NCBI RefSeq assembly: GCF_036321535.1
Contig: NC_087436.1
Location: forward strand, 63,118,001 to 63,182,000
Direction: 5' to 3'
DNA from: Camelus dromedarius
Lineage: Eukaryota
DNA: 64,000 bases
This document shows, in pieces, positions 37,270 to 51,950 of this stretch. Below the pieces are notes generated by a model. It was not told where the DNA came from. It saw only the letters and a list, made by a program, of their open reading frames with translations, and did no database searches. A program made the position numbers and the translations under genes. The first letter of the stretch is position 1. The number at the start of each line of letters is the position of its first letter.

Positions 37270-37660
37270 ACAGAAGTGTCGGTCCCTGCCCGCTCATGCT
37301 GGACTCGGCAACATGCTTGCTTTAGCCAATTGGATATTAATAAATGTGATTCAAAGAAGTTTGAGTTGTGCCTGTGCAGTGGGGCACTTGTGACACTGTT
37401 TTGGCCATGGAGGAAGTGCCCCCTTTATTTTGAGCCTCAGAATATACTCACATGGAACAGACCAAAGGCCAACTCACAGTGAAGAGCTAAAGCCAGTTGA
37501 CCCCCAGCTTCTGTAAACCAGGGCTGCCCAGCTGAGTCCAACCAAGATAATGCAAGTAAAATGCAGATGCATAAAATAAAACAAATGGCAGCTGTTCTAA
37601 TTCACTCAATTTTGAATAGTTACACCATGTAGCATTATTGAGGCCATGGTTGATAATAGA
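37270..37660 (+). mobile_element. Old MLT1 (I/J-like) LTR
   Basis: tgctttagccaattggatattaataaatgtga...cacatggaacagacc...aaatggcagctgttctaattcactcaattttg...gtagcattattgaggccatggttgataataga. Confidence 0.6.
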
Positions 37661-37814
37661 AAGTATGGCTGCAATCAATAAAATAAAGATGATTCATTAC
37701 AACATAGGTAGAACTTTTCAGTAATTTCCAACAGAGCATTTAGGAAATCAGTATTCTTATTGAAAATTCAATTTAAAATATTTATATATTTTCAATGCCA
37801 GAAATAACAGAAGC

Positions 37815-38050
37815 TAATGCTAAAATCTAACATTTCTTGAGCACTTATTTTGTTGTGAGCACATCGATAGCCTCTGATCATTTTATTTCATCTCAATGAA
37901 GACCCCAAGATTAAGTATGGTGATTATCACATTTTATAGATATTCAGTGATTTTCATAGAATTATAAAAACAATACGCCAATATGCTGTGGAGTTGGAAT
38001 TTAAACCCAGGCAATCTGCCTTCAATGCCTGGGTTCTTAATTTTTACGAC
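37815..38050 (-). mobile_element. MIR SINE
   Basis: ctaacatttcttgagcactta...attatcacattttatagat...ggagttggaatttaaacccaggcaatctgccttcaatgcctgggttcttaa. Confidence 0.75.
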
Positions 38051-40774
38051 ATATTCAAATATCATGGGTTATATATTTGAAGATGATTTTATAAATTTAA
38101 TTGCCATTCATATATAATGTCTGTATATAAAAATGTTTTTCCACACTATACATAAAGATTATGCTTATTATATATCCTACCACAGATGAAGAATCTTACC
38201 TATTTAAGAAATCTCTCTCATTTTATGCCTAAGTAGAAAAAAAGTATAAATATATTCTCAAATTCTTATCATTAAACATGACAGCTTGCATTTCAACATA
38301 AGAGGAAACAGAACTGATTGGGAATTGCCAGGATAAACAGCTATACTAAAATCATTTGGCTTAGTAGAGTTTTGCTTTAATGCTAATATCAAATTGATGA
38401 AAACTGAGTGAAAATAACATTGTCACTGTATCTCACAAGTGACCTATTCAAGAGTACCACTGGACAAAGAAAGATGTGAGACATTCATGTTAATGGGAAT
38501 TATCAGAGCACTGGAGTTACTTTCAGAAAAAATTGGATGCTTAAAGAATTTTATAATAGTTGAGAAGGTCTTTGTAACTGGGTCTAAAAGAATCCAGAAT
38601 CTTCTCAGATCATTAGAAAGCATTCTGGCAAGCCCTGAAATATAACAGTCCTTTTAGTCTTTAAAAATTGCCCCCAATACCCTACCCCTATGCTCCACCC
38701 CACTTCCAAATGTCCAGGTTCAAGTCAACAAAATACAGTTTCTAGAGAATTTGCAGGTGTACCGTGACATACATATAGATCTAAAAACATGAACATGAGA
38801 AAGAAGTTCTCATACAGAATGCTCACCAAACCTTAGCTAATCACAAGGCATGCCTAAAATCAAAGCTGATGCAGCCAAATCAAATTAGTTATCCTAACAG
38901 ACCAGACTTTTACAAGCAGAGTGAAAGAATTTTATCTTTATTGATCAGCTGTGTTCACTGGAATCAAATCAAATATTGGTTTGGTTTGAATATTAAAGCA
39001 CCATCTAATTGAAGGAGTTGAATAATCTTCATTTCACTCTATCATTTAATCACAATATATAAATTCATGTTATCTTTATGATACTGCTCAAAGGAATATA
39101 ATACTTTTTTACAGTTGTATTTTTCAACTACATGACATTATGGCCTCTCAGCAGTAAATGATTTCCAGAAATATTCAGCTAAACTGGATGGTTTGAAGCT
39201 GTGTCCAAAACTCCTTACAAAACATGTTCTAGCATCTCTTTGAATTAAATGATTTTAGTCATGGCTACTTGAGTTCTAGTTAGATACATTCCATACAACG
39301 ATCAAGTCTAGTCATTTACTTTAATGTTGGTCAGCTGGCAGTTTTCCCAGATCATTTAGAACCCTTATACTACTAACTTTAAATGACTATTGATTTCAAA
39401 CATCTATAGACATGACGGCTTCTCATCTCTATGATTCTAAAGCAGTGTCAATACTCATAGTAGGTATATAAGTAAGGAACTGCTAAGGCTAAAAATAATA
39501 TGCAGCATTAAACAGGATTCAGTGATATTAAAATTGATAAGTTTTCATATTTGTACTTGATTTTAATGGAGTAAACAGCAAACACTTTATATGTTATTTT
39601 AAGTATGCAGTTATTACCACATTATGGAACAATCTACCTTTTTACTTGGTTATTTGACTCTTCTGAAATAATTCTATATTAAACTACTCAACCGTATAGC
39701 ATTAAGATTGTGTAAAAGAAAAAAGAAGCAATGTATGTTCTTTTTCCACACACAAAGGAATCAAGATACTACCCAGGCACTTGGAATTTCTCCAGAGCAT
39801 ACAACTTATCATTAGAATCAGCAATAGTTAAAGCATATCTAAAAGGTGCTTTTTCTGCTGGTCATTTGACACCCTCTCAAGCTGGCAGAAACTGCCTCTG
39901 TGGATCTTGAGTCAACAGCCACCACTGTGTGTCTGAAGTTCTACAGGCCACTCTTCCCTTTTCAGATGAACGCCAGCACTTTCCTGCATATTCATAGGCT
40001 CTAACGCACATCTGATTCTCTTTTCCATTCCTGGCTGCTGGGATTTTTTTTTTTTTTTTTAATATCTAAAAGGAACGGTATAACCCCATCTTAAAAAATG
40101 GAAATATTCACTGATCTATGGTTATTCCTGTAATATCACTAGTGTTGGTGAATAATTCAAATTAAATGGTTTCCTATATATTCCATTTTAAAGGAACTTC
40201 ATTTACTTTCTTTCAATGGTTTCCTCCTGTGCTGCTCTTACCCTGCATTATTCATATGCAACCTCACAAATTGCTTTGAGTTTTAGCAGTGCTGATATAA
40301 ATCACAGGGCTATTTTCTCTGGAGGACTTCAGCCTTAAGCTCTACAACTTGTTTTAAAATGAAAACTGTGTTCAATTAAGGTGATTTGTTTGCTTCAAAA
40401 ATTAACTATCTTATATTGCCATTTGCAAGGAGAGAAGACTAAAGTTACATTCCAGGGTGTTGAATAATTTTAGAAGTAATTTACCTTCTCACTTTCTGCT
40501 GGAATACTTACACCTAGCTTATCTTGCACATTTATTTGTGGCTGGGGCATATTCCTAAAAATATAAATATAGCCCTCAAGTATTTCTTTTCCAACTGTTT
40601 TGCATTTTGACTTTTGAATAGTTCCTTCATAAACAAACCAAAATAATGTGTTTTTCTCAGCTTTCCAGTTCCATAACTGAATGAGAGAGAGAGAGGTAGA
40701 GAGAGAGAGAGGGAGAGGAGACAAAAGAGTGGAAATATGCAAATTCAGAAATTCGATTTAGTATCAAGAACTTC

Positions 40775-42998
40775 TATGAGTGATGTCACTGAAAATGGCA
40801 AAGTAAGGAATCCCACTCATCTCCCCCCCCAAAGCAACTAATGAGATGAAAAGCTAAACTGCAAAATAGGAGAAAATATTTGCAAATCATGTATCTGGTA
40901 GGGAGTTAATTTCCAAGATATATAAGAAACTCACATGACTCAAAGCCAAAATAAATATATAAAATAATCTGATTAAAAAATGGGCAGAAGACCTGAATAG
41001 ACATTTTCCAAAGAAGACATACAGATGGCTAACAGGTACATGAAAAGATGCTTAACATCACTAATCATCAGGAAAATGCAAATCAAAACCACAATGAGAT
41101 ATCACCTCACACCTGTCAGAATGGTTATCATCAAAAAGACAAGAAATAACAAGTGTTGGCAAAAATGAGGAGAAAAGAGAAATCTTGTGCATTGTTGGTA
41201 ATCTGCTGAAGGCAATATGGAAAGCAGTATGGAGGTTCCTCAAAAAATTCAAAATCAGCATCTGTACTTCTAGTATAGATTGGAAGAGCTGGAGAAATCA
41301 ATATGGACCTTATTCTCAAAGAACTGTGGTTGTGGGTCTCTATACATCTGTCATCTCCCTCAAGGACCAGTATGTAGTATTTGTTTCATTTGACTTGAAT
41401 CATTCCTAGGGCTGGGATGACTTCTCCAGTGGCTTTTGCCAGAAGCATTGGGACTAACAGATATTGGTTATAGCAGCCTGGGGCAAGAAATAGCACTTGG
41501 AATAAGCTTGGGAAACAATTGGGACACAATCTTAAACAACCAATTGATCAAAGAAGAAATTACAAGGGAGATTAGAAAATACACTAACAAATAAAAACAA
41601 AAACACAACACACCAAAACATATAAGACACAGTGAAAGCAAGGCTCATTTGTAAATTTAGAGTTTTAAATGCTTATATTAAAAAAAAGAAAAAAAGACTC
41701 TAAATCAGTAACTTAAATACACACCTTAAGGAGTTAGAAAAAGAAAAGATAAATCCAAAGCTAGCAAAAGAAAAGTCAGACCTTATATGGCATACAAAAA
41801 TTAATTAAAAATGTAAGAAAGACTTAAATGTGAGAACCAAAACTATAAAACCCTTAGAAAGAAATAATGAAATATATGAGTATATCTTAATGACCTAGGA
41901 TTTAGCAAAGTATTCTTAGACATGACACCAAAACACAAACAGCAAGAGAAAAAAATAGAAAAATTGGACTTCGTAAAAATTGAAAGCAAAACTGTGCTTA
42001 AAATGACCCCATTAAGAAAGTGAAAAGACAACCAAAAGAATGGAAGAAAATATTACAAGGAATACATCTGGCAAAAGTCTAAAGTCCAAAAATATAAAAG
42101 AACTCTTATAACTCAACAACAAAACAAACAGCCCACTTGAAAACAGGCAAAAAACTTGCATAGACAGCACCCCAAAAGATGTACAAATTGCAAACAAGCA
42201 AACGGAAGATGTCCAAAATCATTGGTTATTAGAAAAATGCAATCAAAACCTCACTGAGATACCATTTTACACTGGTAAGGATTGCTATAATTTCAAAACA
42301 AGACAAAGCAAAATTGGAAAATAAATATTGGGATGTGAAGAAAGTAGAACCCTTACATGACGTTGTTGGGTACGTAAAATGGTATAATCACAATGGAAAA
42401 CACTTGGCAGCTTTTCAAAAAGTTAAACATAAAATTACCATATGACCCAAGAATTTTACTCTTACATTTATATCCAAGGGGATTGAAAACAAGTATTCAA
42501 ACAAATATTTTACACAAGTGTTTATAACAGCACTATTTACAATAGCCAAAAAGTGATAATAACCTTAATGTCCATCAACAGATGAATAGATAAAATGCTG
42601 TATATCCATACTATGAAATATCATTCAGCCATAAAACAGAGTTAAATACTGCTACATGTTTCAATGTCAGTAAGTCTCAAAAACATTAAAGCCAATGAAA
42701 GAAGTCAGATAAAAAGGTTCACATATTGTATGGTTTAATTGGCATAAAATATCTTGAATAGGTAAACTGATACAGATAGATGGTTGACTAGTAGTTGTCA
42801 GTGACTGGGGGAGAGAGGAATGGAAATGACTGCTTAACAGGTACAGGGCTTCCTCATGGGGTGATAAAAATATCTTGGAACTGTACAGTGGTGATGACTG
42901 CAAACACTGTGACTGTACTAAACAGTACTGTATTATACACTTTAAAATACTTAATGGTTAATTTTTGTTATATTAATTTTACTCAATAAAAAATAAGT
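40775..42998 (+). mobile_element. Composite L1: L1MB-like 5' remnant, ORF2 pieces and 3'UTR, with a less-diverged internal ORF2 fragment at ~40845-41255
   Basis: atgcaaatcaaaaccacaatgagatatcacctcacacctgtcagaatgg in the first fragment and a more diverged copy near 42240; 3'UTR ggaaatgactgcttaacaggtacagggcttcc ending tcaataaaaaat. Confidence 0.8.
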
Positions 42999-43316
42999 AA
43001 AAACCACATTTTATCAATACCAAGGTCAAGGTCAAGGAAGGTGTCTGACCTAGTTGTTTGGTGAGTTCAAATTATGAATGGGCTGAGGAAATATGAACAA
43101 TCACTCTTTACCAATTTATTACAGTAAGGCTAGATGTAGAAACAGGCAATAAAGTTAGATATGAAAATAAGGCTCAATGTTCCATTCTTTAAGCAGAACG
43201 CTTAGGATATGTTGACTTGGATTCTGGAAGTAAAATTAATAAAATAATAAAAATGATCTAAACTCAAACCAAAATTGAAAAAAAAGAATCAAATAGGCTC
43301 ACACTCCTGTTTGAGC

Positions 43317-44283
43317 CAGTGAAGAGAACTAGAGCCAGTGTGAGACGGTGAACTGTTGTATTTTTTCAGGCAATAAAAAAGATGGTAGTTATAACAAAAA
43401 CTATTAAAAATCCAATCCTGTAAACTTACAGTTAAATAAATTATACTGAAACAAATATTAAGTACTCAAAACTCCTCACTTCCATATTTTATTAATATTT
43501 ATGTTTGTGAGATTATTTACCTCTACTGTATCAGTATGCTTTAAATGTTATATGATGCTGCATAACTGCTTATAGCTTCCCAGTTATGCACTGAAGAATG
43601 TCTCTTTGGCCATGGTTGGGAGTATTTAAACCACGGAAGTAAGCAAACATTACATATTTTAAAATGTAATATATTATTTTGTTGATTGTTCAGATTATGA
43701 TGGAAAATGTTAATAATGTAGAGTAAACTTAAAAGTATGCTCTCTGCAATTATTATTTTATTTTTTTCTTTTTGCAATAAGGCAAATTTTTATTTATTTA
43801 TTTACTTACTTACTTACTTTTATTGAAGTATAGTCAGTTTACAATGTTGCATCAGTTATTATTTTATTAATAGTACCCCTTCCCAAAAAAGAAATATACT
43901 TCCAGTATTCAAAAACAATTATCCAATTAAACAAAACACTCACTGCAATGACAAATGAGTGTGTTTCCAACATATGGTTTTACTGCTTCATTTTTGTCAT
44001 TTTTATAAATGTAAACAAAAATGTCAACAAACAAAAAATATTAGAATGCAACCAAAGACTGGCTATGGATAAGGAGAGTATTTCAAAAGTGAACAAAAAC
44101 ATTCTATGATATTCTTCTGTGTATCCACTGGCTATCTGGAATTAATAATGAAGTGTTGTATATTTCAGTTTTATTTGTAAATTTTGTTTTATACAGTACT
44201 GATAGTAATAAAACTTATAGTAAACATATGTAATTTTTTTCCTTTGAGGAGCCATTTGTAAAGCATTTACCAGCAAAGTACTG
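43317..44283 (+). mobile_element. MER63-like hAT-Blackjack element
   Basis: taaacttacagttaaataaattata...tactcaaaactcctcacttcc...ggccatggttgggagtatttaaaccacggaa...gagccatttgtaaagcatttaccagcaaagtactg. Confidence 0.75.
43788..43858 (-). mobile_element. Ultra-short L1 3' end with (TTAC)n tail, nested in the MER63-like element
   Basis: ttatttatttatttacttacttacttacttttattgaagtatagtcagtttacaatgttg. Confidence 0.7.
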
Positions 44284-44589
44284 GAATAATCTTTTTTAAA
44301 TTTGGATTCCTCTGACTTTCATATTAGGACTGGTCTCTGCGAGGAGTTACAAGCTAGTAAGAGCTTTTAGTGACCTCTGGAGGTTTCCTCTATGAAGTCA
44401 GAGACTGAAACTTGTTCCTACATGGGAGCCCTCAGGAACTTTCTCTTCTAAATATGGTCCCTTAATACCTGACCAATTCTCTGACCAAGGAGACTAAAAT
44501 TCATAGCGAAACTCATATTTCCAACTTGAGGGCAGATAGCTACGTAAGTTTCTTGGAATTCTCCCACATGTGAGGTTTGTTTCTTTTGC

Positions 44590-46405
44590 CCTATTTATTT
44601 TTTAAATTGGCCATTTATATCAGTGTGGATTCATGAGTATTTATTTTATACTTGAGTTATAATCCAATACCACTTTATTCATTTTGTTGCTCAAATTGTT
44701 CCAGCTTTGACCTTAAGAGCTCTTTCAGCTGGTTTCTGCACCCCTTTGGCGTACCCACACCAACAAAGAGTTTTCATTTTTGTTGTTTGAACACTATCTT
44801 ATTTTCTGGAACTGAGAGATACTCCAGACTCCTCATGTATATTTCCTGCTTTGCTCCTCAAATTATCCATTTCTCCTTCTATTGGAGAATGCTATTAGAA
44901 ACCAAGATCTGGGGCTCTAGATGTGTTTATTGCTACTGCAGTGTTGTTGCTTCTAAAACATCTCAGCTGACAGAGCAAGGAAATATATGTGTATACTAAT
45001 CTATGTACATTCACAAATAACAGGTATTTCTATGTGCAACCATCTGTATCCATATTAAGTTAAACATGATTTCCTAGATATTTCCAACTCCTTTTCATTA
45101 CTCCATGGGTCACCCTCTCATTTCTTATCTGCAAACTCCCACTCCAACAGTGAGAGACGAAAGCCTAACCATCTGCCATTCAGTTATTTATTGTTCAAAT
45201 CCAGTACACATATATCCTGTATACATGAGTAGCAGTATCAGAATCAATAAACCATAGGAAACACCTTTATCAAGTAGAGACTTAAAAACCTCTCTCATTT
45301 TTAAAATGATCTAATTTAGCACCTTTCCCCCCAACCTCTTTAGTGTGGCTATTTCATACATATAAAATCGTCAGATTGTTGGTCATTCTTTTCACTCCAA
45401 ACTGGGATATTCCCCAAATCCTAATTCATTATTTTGTAAATTTCCACACTTTAAACTTCAGTCTTTATGTTCTAAAATTGTAAACGTTTTGATAATAAAT
45501 AGTGTCACTTATTTCTTGCCCTAAAAAAAATCTCCTGTGCTTCTCATATTTAACCCTTACCTCTTTTTACTGGCAACCACCAATCTGTTTACTATCTCTC
45601 TAGTTTCCTCATTACTAGAATGTCATGTAAAGGGATTTTTTTATCCACTCACTTATGGAAAGACTTACTGGTTTCTTTCAGTTTTTGGTAATTATGAATG
45701 AAGTTGATATTGATATTCATGTGCAGATTTTCACGTATATGTACATTTTCAAATGACTGGATAAATATATGGGAGAGCAACTACTGGATCATGTGGCAAG
45801 ATTGTTTAGCTTTATAAGAAACTGTTAATGTCATTCAAAGTGGCTTTACCATTTAGAATTACCACCAATGAATGAAAGATTCTGTTACTCTGCATTCTCA
45901 CCAGTAATTGGTATTATTAATCTGTTTGATATTAGCCATTCTACTGGTATGCCATGTTGTTTTAAGTTGTGATTCTCTAATTATAAATTACATTGAGTAC
46001 CTTTTTGTATATATATATTTATTGAAGTACAGTCAGTTTACAATGTCGTGTCAATTTTTAATGTACAGTACAATGCTTCAGTTATACATGAACATATCTT
46101 TTATATGCTTGTTTACCACCTGTATATTGTCTTTGGTGATATATCTGTTCAGATTTTTGCCAATTTTTCCAGTGTCCTTTGTTTTTGTATTGTGGAGCTT
46201 TAAGAGTTCTTTGTATACTGGGGATACAAGTAGTAAATCTGTGTTTTTCAAATATTTTCTTCCATTCTATGGCTTGTCTCTTGATTCTTTTAACAGTATT
46301 TCACAGAGCAAAAGTTTTCCATTTTAATAAGTACAACCTTTTATTTTTTTCCCAGGTAATACTTTGGTACTGTATCTAAAAGTGCACTGAAAAACACAAG
46401 GTCTC
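44590..46405 (-). mobile_element. L1MC/L1MD-like 3'UTR and ORF2 end, with a short young L1 tail inserted at ~46015-46095
   Basis: tatcagtgtggattcatgagtatttattttatac...ttagaaaccaagatctggg...; insert tttattgaagtacagtcagtttacaatgtcgtgtcaatt. Confidence 0.8.
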
Positions 46406-46409
46406 CTAC

Positions 46410-47865
46410 AGATGTACAAAAATAAGAATTATAGTAGACTTCTCATCACAAACCATGCAAGCAAAAGAAAGTGAAGTGAAATATTGAAATTGTTGAAAAA
46501 ACTATTGACCTAGGCTCCCACTTACAATAGGATTTTTCTCCAATACTGAAGGAGAAATAAAGACCCTCTCAGAGAAATAAAAGCTGGGGTATTCTTCACA
46601 GGCAGATCTTCCCTGCAGTCAATGATCAAAAAGGTCTTAAAGGAGAAGGAAACTGAATCATTGGAAATTTTGATTTTCATTAAGAAAAGAACAGTATGAG
46701 AGAAGAAACAACTGAAGGTAAAATAAAGTCTGTTTTACGTATTGCTAATTGATCTAAAATGTAATAGCACAATTAAAGTAATAATAGCAACTTTGTTATC
46801 AGTTACCTACACTCAAGTGAAGCAGTATAGTGTTATTTGAAGGTGAAATTAGACTATTTAAAATATTCATTTTAATCTCCAGAGCAACCATTAAAGTATG
46901 TTTAAAGAATAATTTATATATCTATATAAAAAAGAAAATGCAAAAATGTTTGTTATAGGCTGAATTGTAACCCCCCAAATGCATATACAGAAGTCCAAAC
47001 CTCAATAACTCAGAATGTGACTGCATTTGAAGACAGGCCTTTAAAGAGATTATTAAATTAAAATGACACAGTTAAGATAGGTCCTCTTCCAATCTGACTG
47101 GTGTCCTTATAAGAAGAGAAAATTTGGACACAGAAAGAGACACCAGGTATTCCTGTGCTCAGAAGAAAGGCAATGTGAGGACAACAGCTAGAAGGTGGCC
47201 ATTTGAAGACCAGGAAGAAAGGCCTCAGAAGAAAACAAACTCTCTGCCCTTATCTTGGGAGTTCTCATGCCTGAAACTGTGAGAAAATAGACTTCTTCTG
47301 TTTAAGCCACACAGTCTTTCGTATTTTATCATAGTGGCCCTAGCAAGCTAACATAGTGCTCAATGAAAACCAGAGAAGGGAAGAAAATCAGAGAAGAAAA
47401 AAAAAATCTACATATCCAAATACAGGTTGTCACAGTGGATTAAAAAAGAGAGAACTGAATGTTGTCTAGGAGAAATACAGTTTAATTTTCAAGATGCAGA
47501 TAACAAAAGTAAAGAGACAGAGGAAATCATGCTATTCTAACATTAATCAAAAATTATCTAGAGAAGTTTATTAGTTTTACACAAAGTGGACTTATGAGCA
47601 AGAAAAATTTTCAGGGATGAAGAGAGCCATTACAAAATTACCTCAAAGACATCAATTCTCCAACAGGAAAAATAGTTCTAAATGTGTTCACACATAACAA
47701 CAAAGTGTCAAAATCTTTGAAACAAAACTAATATAACTTCAAGGAAAAATAAATGAATCTATTATTACAGATGGAGACTTCAATACCCTTCTTTCAGTAA
47801 TTGATAGAACAAGTAAGAATAATACCAATAAGGATATAGTTGATCTAAACAGCACTTTCAATCAT
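46410..47865 (+). mobile_element. Old L1 ORF1 end, inter-ORF and ORF2 endonuclease fragment
   Basis: agacttctcatcacaaaccatgcaagc...tgaaggagaaataaagac...ggagacttcaatacccttctttcagtaattgatagaaca. Confidence 0.75.
46951..47355 (+). mobile_element. MLT1B solo LTR nested in old L1
   Basis: tgttataggctgaattgtaacccccc...ctcagaatgtgactgcatttgaagacaggcc...ccaatctgactggtgtccttataagaagag. Confidence 0.88.
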
Positions 47866-49729
47866 CATAACTAGTTATTCCACATTTCTTCCCAAAGTTT
47901 TGATTTCCCTTTTTAAAATATATATTTTAAGATATCAGAAGTCATATACACTAACTCCATTAATATTTCACTCATTTGTACTTCCAGATTATTATTTATT
48001 AAGCTCATGAGATGACTTGTAATTTCTTCTGAAATTATTAAAAAGCTCCCTGATGTCTTATTCTATTTTCATTTCATTGCTTTCTAAGCCCTGTATTTAC
48101 AATGTACTATTCTTTGCATATTTTACAAGATATACCTGATTAACTTAAATTTGAATAAAAGTGGAAAGTACATTTCAGTATAACTTGCAAGTCTGAAATT
48201 TTATTATTTTGACTTCACTCTTAACATAAAGTGAAACTGTCTCTACATTCTAGGTTTAAATCATGCAACAGAAATTGATAGCCACTGCTTTATGGTCTTT
48301 TGGCATCTAGTATTGATGGTTTCGAATTCATGTTAGTTTCTTTTTTTATTTCTATTCATTTGTAGGGTTTTCTTTTGATTTTTATAACATTAAGATTTTA
48401 ATTGAATTAGATTCTTTACAACTTTTATTACTTAGTATTTCACAAAGTCTTTCAAAGTAAAGTGCAAAGCCTTTATCCAAGCCAGGAGATTGTTTTCTAT
48501 TATTGGTTTGATTTAATCCTACTTACTGTGATCTCAGTTCAGTCCTCTTCGAACTCTTATTATATGTTTATTGGACCTTGTTCATCTTATCCTCACCTGT
48601 ATTAAAGGATGAAAGTTTGAACTGTTTTGTTTTCCTCTACAGTCACACAGGCTTGTTTCCCCTCTAGATATCTTTCTTGGACTTACATATTTCGAAAATT
48701 AATAGGACATGCCAATCCATAGTTTTCCCTCTAAAAGGAGCTTCAAGGCAGTGAGGCAGGGCTAGCCAGCATAGCTGTCAAGGTAATTATCATTTCCTGA
48801 GTGAAACTGAGTATTCCATTTTTTATCCTTCTCTTCCTCCTTCACTCCCCCCACCTCCCTTTCAATGTTCTTTTTCTACTCCCTATCTATTCTCTTAATC
48901 TTTTCTTTGGTTTCACTGTTATTTTTCAACAGGGCCATTAAACATGTGCTCCAGGGCAATCTTGAATGAGATATCCTCACCATATTTTTAAGCAGTGTTT
49001 TGGGGGACCTCACGAGAGAATCTGAAGGTATTTTCTATATTTACTTCACATTTTCATTGCAGAAGTTCTCTTGGACTAGACCTTTAGATTCTAACAATGA
49101 ATTAATATGTTCTAGAATAATGTCTATGCACTTGACTGATTATGGTAAGATAAAACCAGCAAATGTACCATACACAATATGGAAGGTCTCATAATTTTAG
49201 TACCATAACATGCCAACCATATCTTTCAGGGTGTTAGTTCTTTTTGCCAATTACGGTTATTTGTCTTGCTTTTGATGTAATTCACTAGGATTAACCTTTA
49301 TGATCTCTATTTCATACTATAAATTCAATTTATATTCTATCAGATTTAATTCATAAAACAGGCAATAGTATTTTTATTTTGCATAAGGAAAATAAGAAAA
49401 CTGGTCTACCAAACATGAGTCCAAAATTCATACAATTCTACCAATATAGCACTCTATTGCTCCTCCATATTTTAGTCATTACAATAAAGCCAAAATACAT
49501 TCAAGACCACTGGTGGACCAATGGGTCAATCTAAATAAAATATTACAGCTTTTTATATTTTTAATGACTAAATGAACACGAAACTGTGAAATTACTTCAC
49601 AAAAATCTATGCAAAAGTCATCTATTTTTATTGAGTGGAGTTTTAAGCTATTTAGAAAAGCCTCCAGCAAACTGCTATGAAATGAGACTACTTTAAAGAA
49701 AGGGAAAAAAAAAACTAGAAAGAAAGATA

Positions 49730-49940
49730 CAGTTGATCCTTGAACAATGCAGAGGATAGGGGCACTGACCCACACACAGTCGAAAATCCACTTATAACTT
49801 CATAGTCAGCCCTTCCTATCCATAGGTTCCGCATCTGTGGATTCAACCTTGGAGTAGTACTGTAGAATGTACTGACTGAAAATAATCCACATATGAGTAG
49901 CCTTGCTCAGTTCAAATCAGTGTTGTTCAAGGGTCAACTG
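49730..49940. mobile_element. Tigger2/MER8-like MITE (211 bp)
   Basis: TA TSD on both sides; TIRs cagttgatccttgaacaa / ttgttcaagggtcaactg (17/18 match). Confidence 0.9.
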
Positions 49941-51727
49941 TATTATGTGTGTCAGGTGAGACCTCCTTACTAGAGGCAATTCCACCTAACCCTTTTCATA
50001 TAAGGCTACCAAGAAACAATTCACAGGTTAAATATTCTCTATGGCTGTGGAGGATAAAGAGGAATATTCATGATAGGTTGAAATCAACCATGCAGCATAT
50101 ATGTGTGTACCAGCAACGTGCCCAAAGTGAAAGAAGCACAAGGAAAGCAGGAAGCATGGAAGTTGTAGTAAGAAGAAAAAAGGCAGCATTTCAATTTCTG
50201 GTTAGAAATCAAAACCCTGACATTAGTCATGTATGGTATATTTAACTGGATCCACAGCTTAATTCTTTTTATAAAGCATTTTCTGGTTCCACAACCCAAA
50301 TGGTAATTTTAGGGATAAATACTGAGTGCTTTAATGTCTTAATTAAATAAAATCTAACTGCATTTTATTGAATGATACTGGCATAGATTAACTGATATTT
50401 TTAAAAGAGAGTATCACTGAAGCACACTTTTAGCAATGGATATTTGGTATTATTTACACATGTTAATATAGATAAAACTGCTCAAAATTATTTAGATAGA
50501 AGGAAATGTTTATGTTTTCACTGGATGTGTGTGTGTGTGATGAACTGCAAAACCTATTCTTTTACAGAACTGACATACAGTTTTAAGCTGTAATGCTTTC
50601 TTCCTTCTCATAATCCAACTGTGAAAATATGTGTTTGTTTCTCTTACCCATATAATGTAGGATAGGGAAACTTTGTTTAATATATAGTGATTATATAGTA
50701 AAACATTCTGCTTCCATTTAAACAAAAGAGTAACACTGCCAAGTCATTTCCCAAAGACAACCAGAGTCATTAAATTAGAAACAGCTGGGGTAGACATACA
50801 GTCATCATATGCCACTACTAGAAAAGCAGGAGACAAATGGGGAGATTAGTTCAGAAAAGTAGCTGATCCAAAGCAGAAAGGGACTTCCAGAGAGGATAGT
50901 TTACTTTTAAATATAGAAGGGACAGTTATGAAAATAAGACAGCATGGAACCAAATACATTTCAAGTGCCTTTCTTAGGAAAGAGCTTTCCCAGGCAGTAG
51001 TGAAGTTGTTTCAACATTTCAACAAAGGAATTTTTATAACTTTTGTTCTAAAACAGAAGCTATAATAAGAGATTTTAAACTTAAAAAAACCCCTGAAAAC
51101 TAAAAATATGTACTAAAATGTGCACTAAAATAAAATAGATCCTGAAAATAACGTGTTTAGTACATGTAAGACTTTACACTTATTTTAGTTACTTGCTTTG
51201 TTTTATATTAGGGAATTTATACAAATTAAAAGTGAACTGGTTACTATTTTAGTTATAGTAAATAGAGACATATTTCCTTATATAATGCTACTGAACATAA
51301 TGTAGTATATCGTTTGGATGTTAATTTTCCATGATCCAAGGAGTTATGATTTAAACTAAATTATAGCATCTGTTATATTACAAGTTAACACTACTATTAA
51401 TTAACTAACGGAAACTAGATGGCAACAGATTTGCACACAAAATATTCTTTGAGATGCACTTTATGACCTAAGTCTTTGAAAGGAACATGGCATTTCCATC
51501 ATCTCTTTGAGCTTATTTTAACTCTGAACAATTGCAGATTTCTTCAGGTTAATCTACAGTCTTTGCTTCATCAAATATTACTGTGTACTTAAGATTATGC
51601 CAGGTACTATGTTCTATTTGCATTTCTCTTTTTCTTGAACTGTAATAGCTCATGAAGAGAAGCTGATCATGTCCAACAGGCACTGTGACAGCACTAGTGA
51701 ATGTATCAGGTTACATTAATACAAGAG

Positions 51728-51950
51728 GATAATAACAACAGCTAACCCTTTTGTTAAGTGCTTACTGTGTGCCCAGCATGATTATAACTGCTTCATATCT
51801 ATTAACCTATTTAATTCTTAAAGTAGCTATATCAGTTAACCAAAACATTGAAAGGGTAAATAACTTGCCACTAAAAAGTGGCAGAACTAGGATTCAAAAG
51901 CAATCAGTTTGTCTTCAGACCTTGAAATCACAAATTCTGTTGCGTTCTAC
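51728..51950 (-). mobile_element. MIR SINE
   Basis: ataataacaacagctaac...aagtgcttactgtgtgccc...gggtaaataacttgcc...aagtggcagaactaggattcaaa. Confidence 0.75.
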
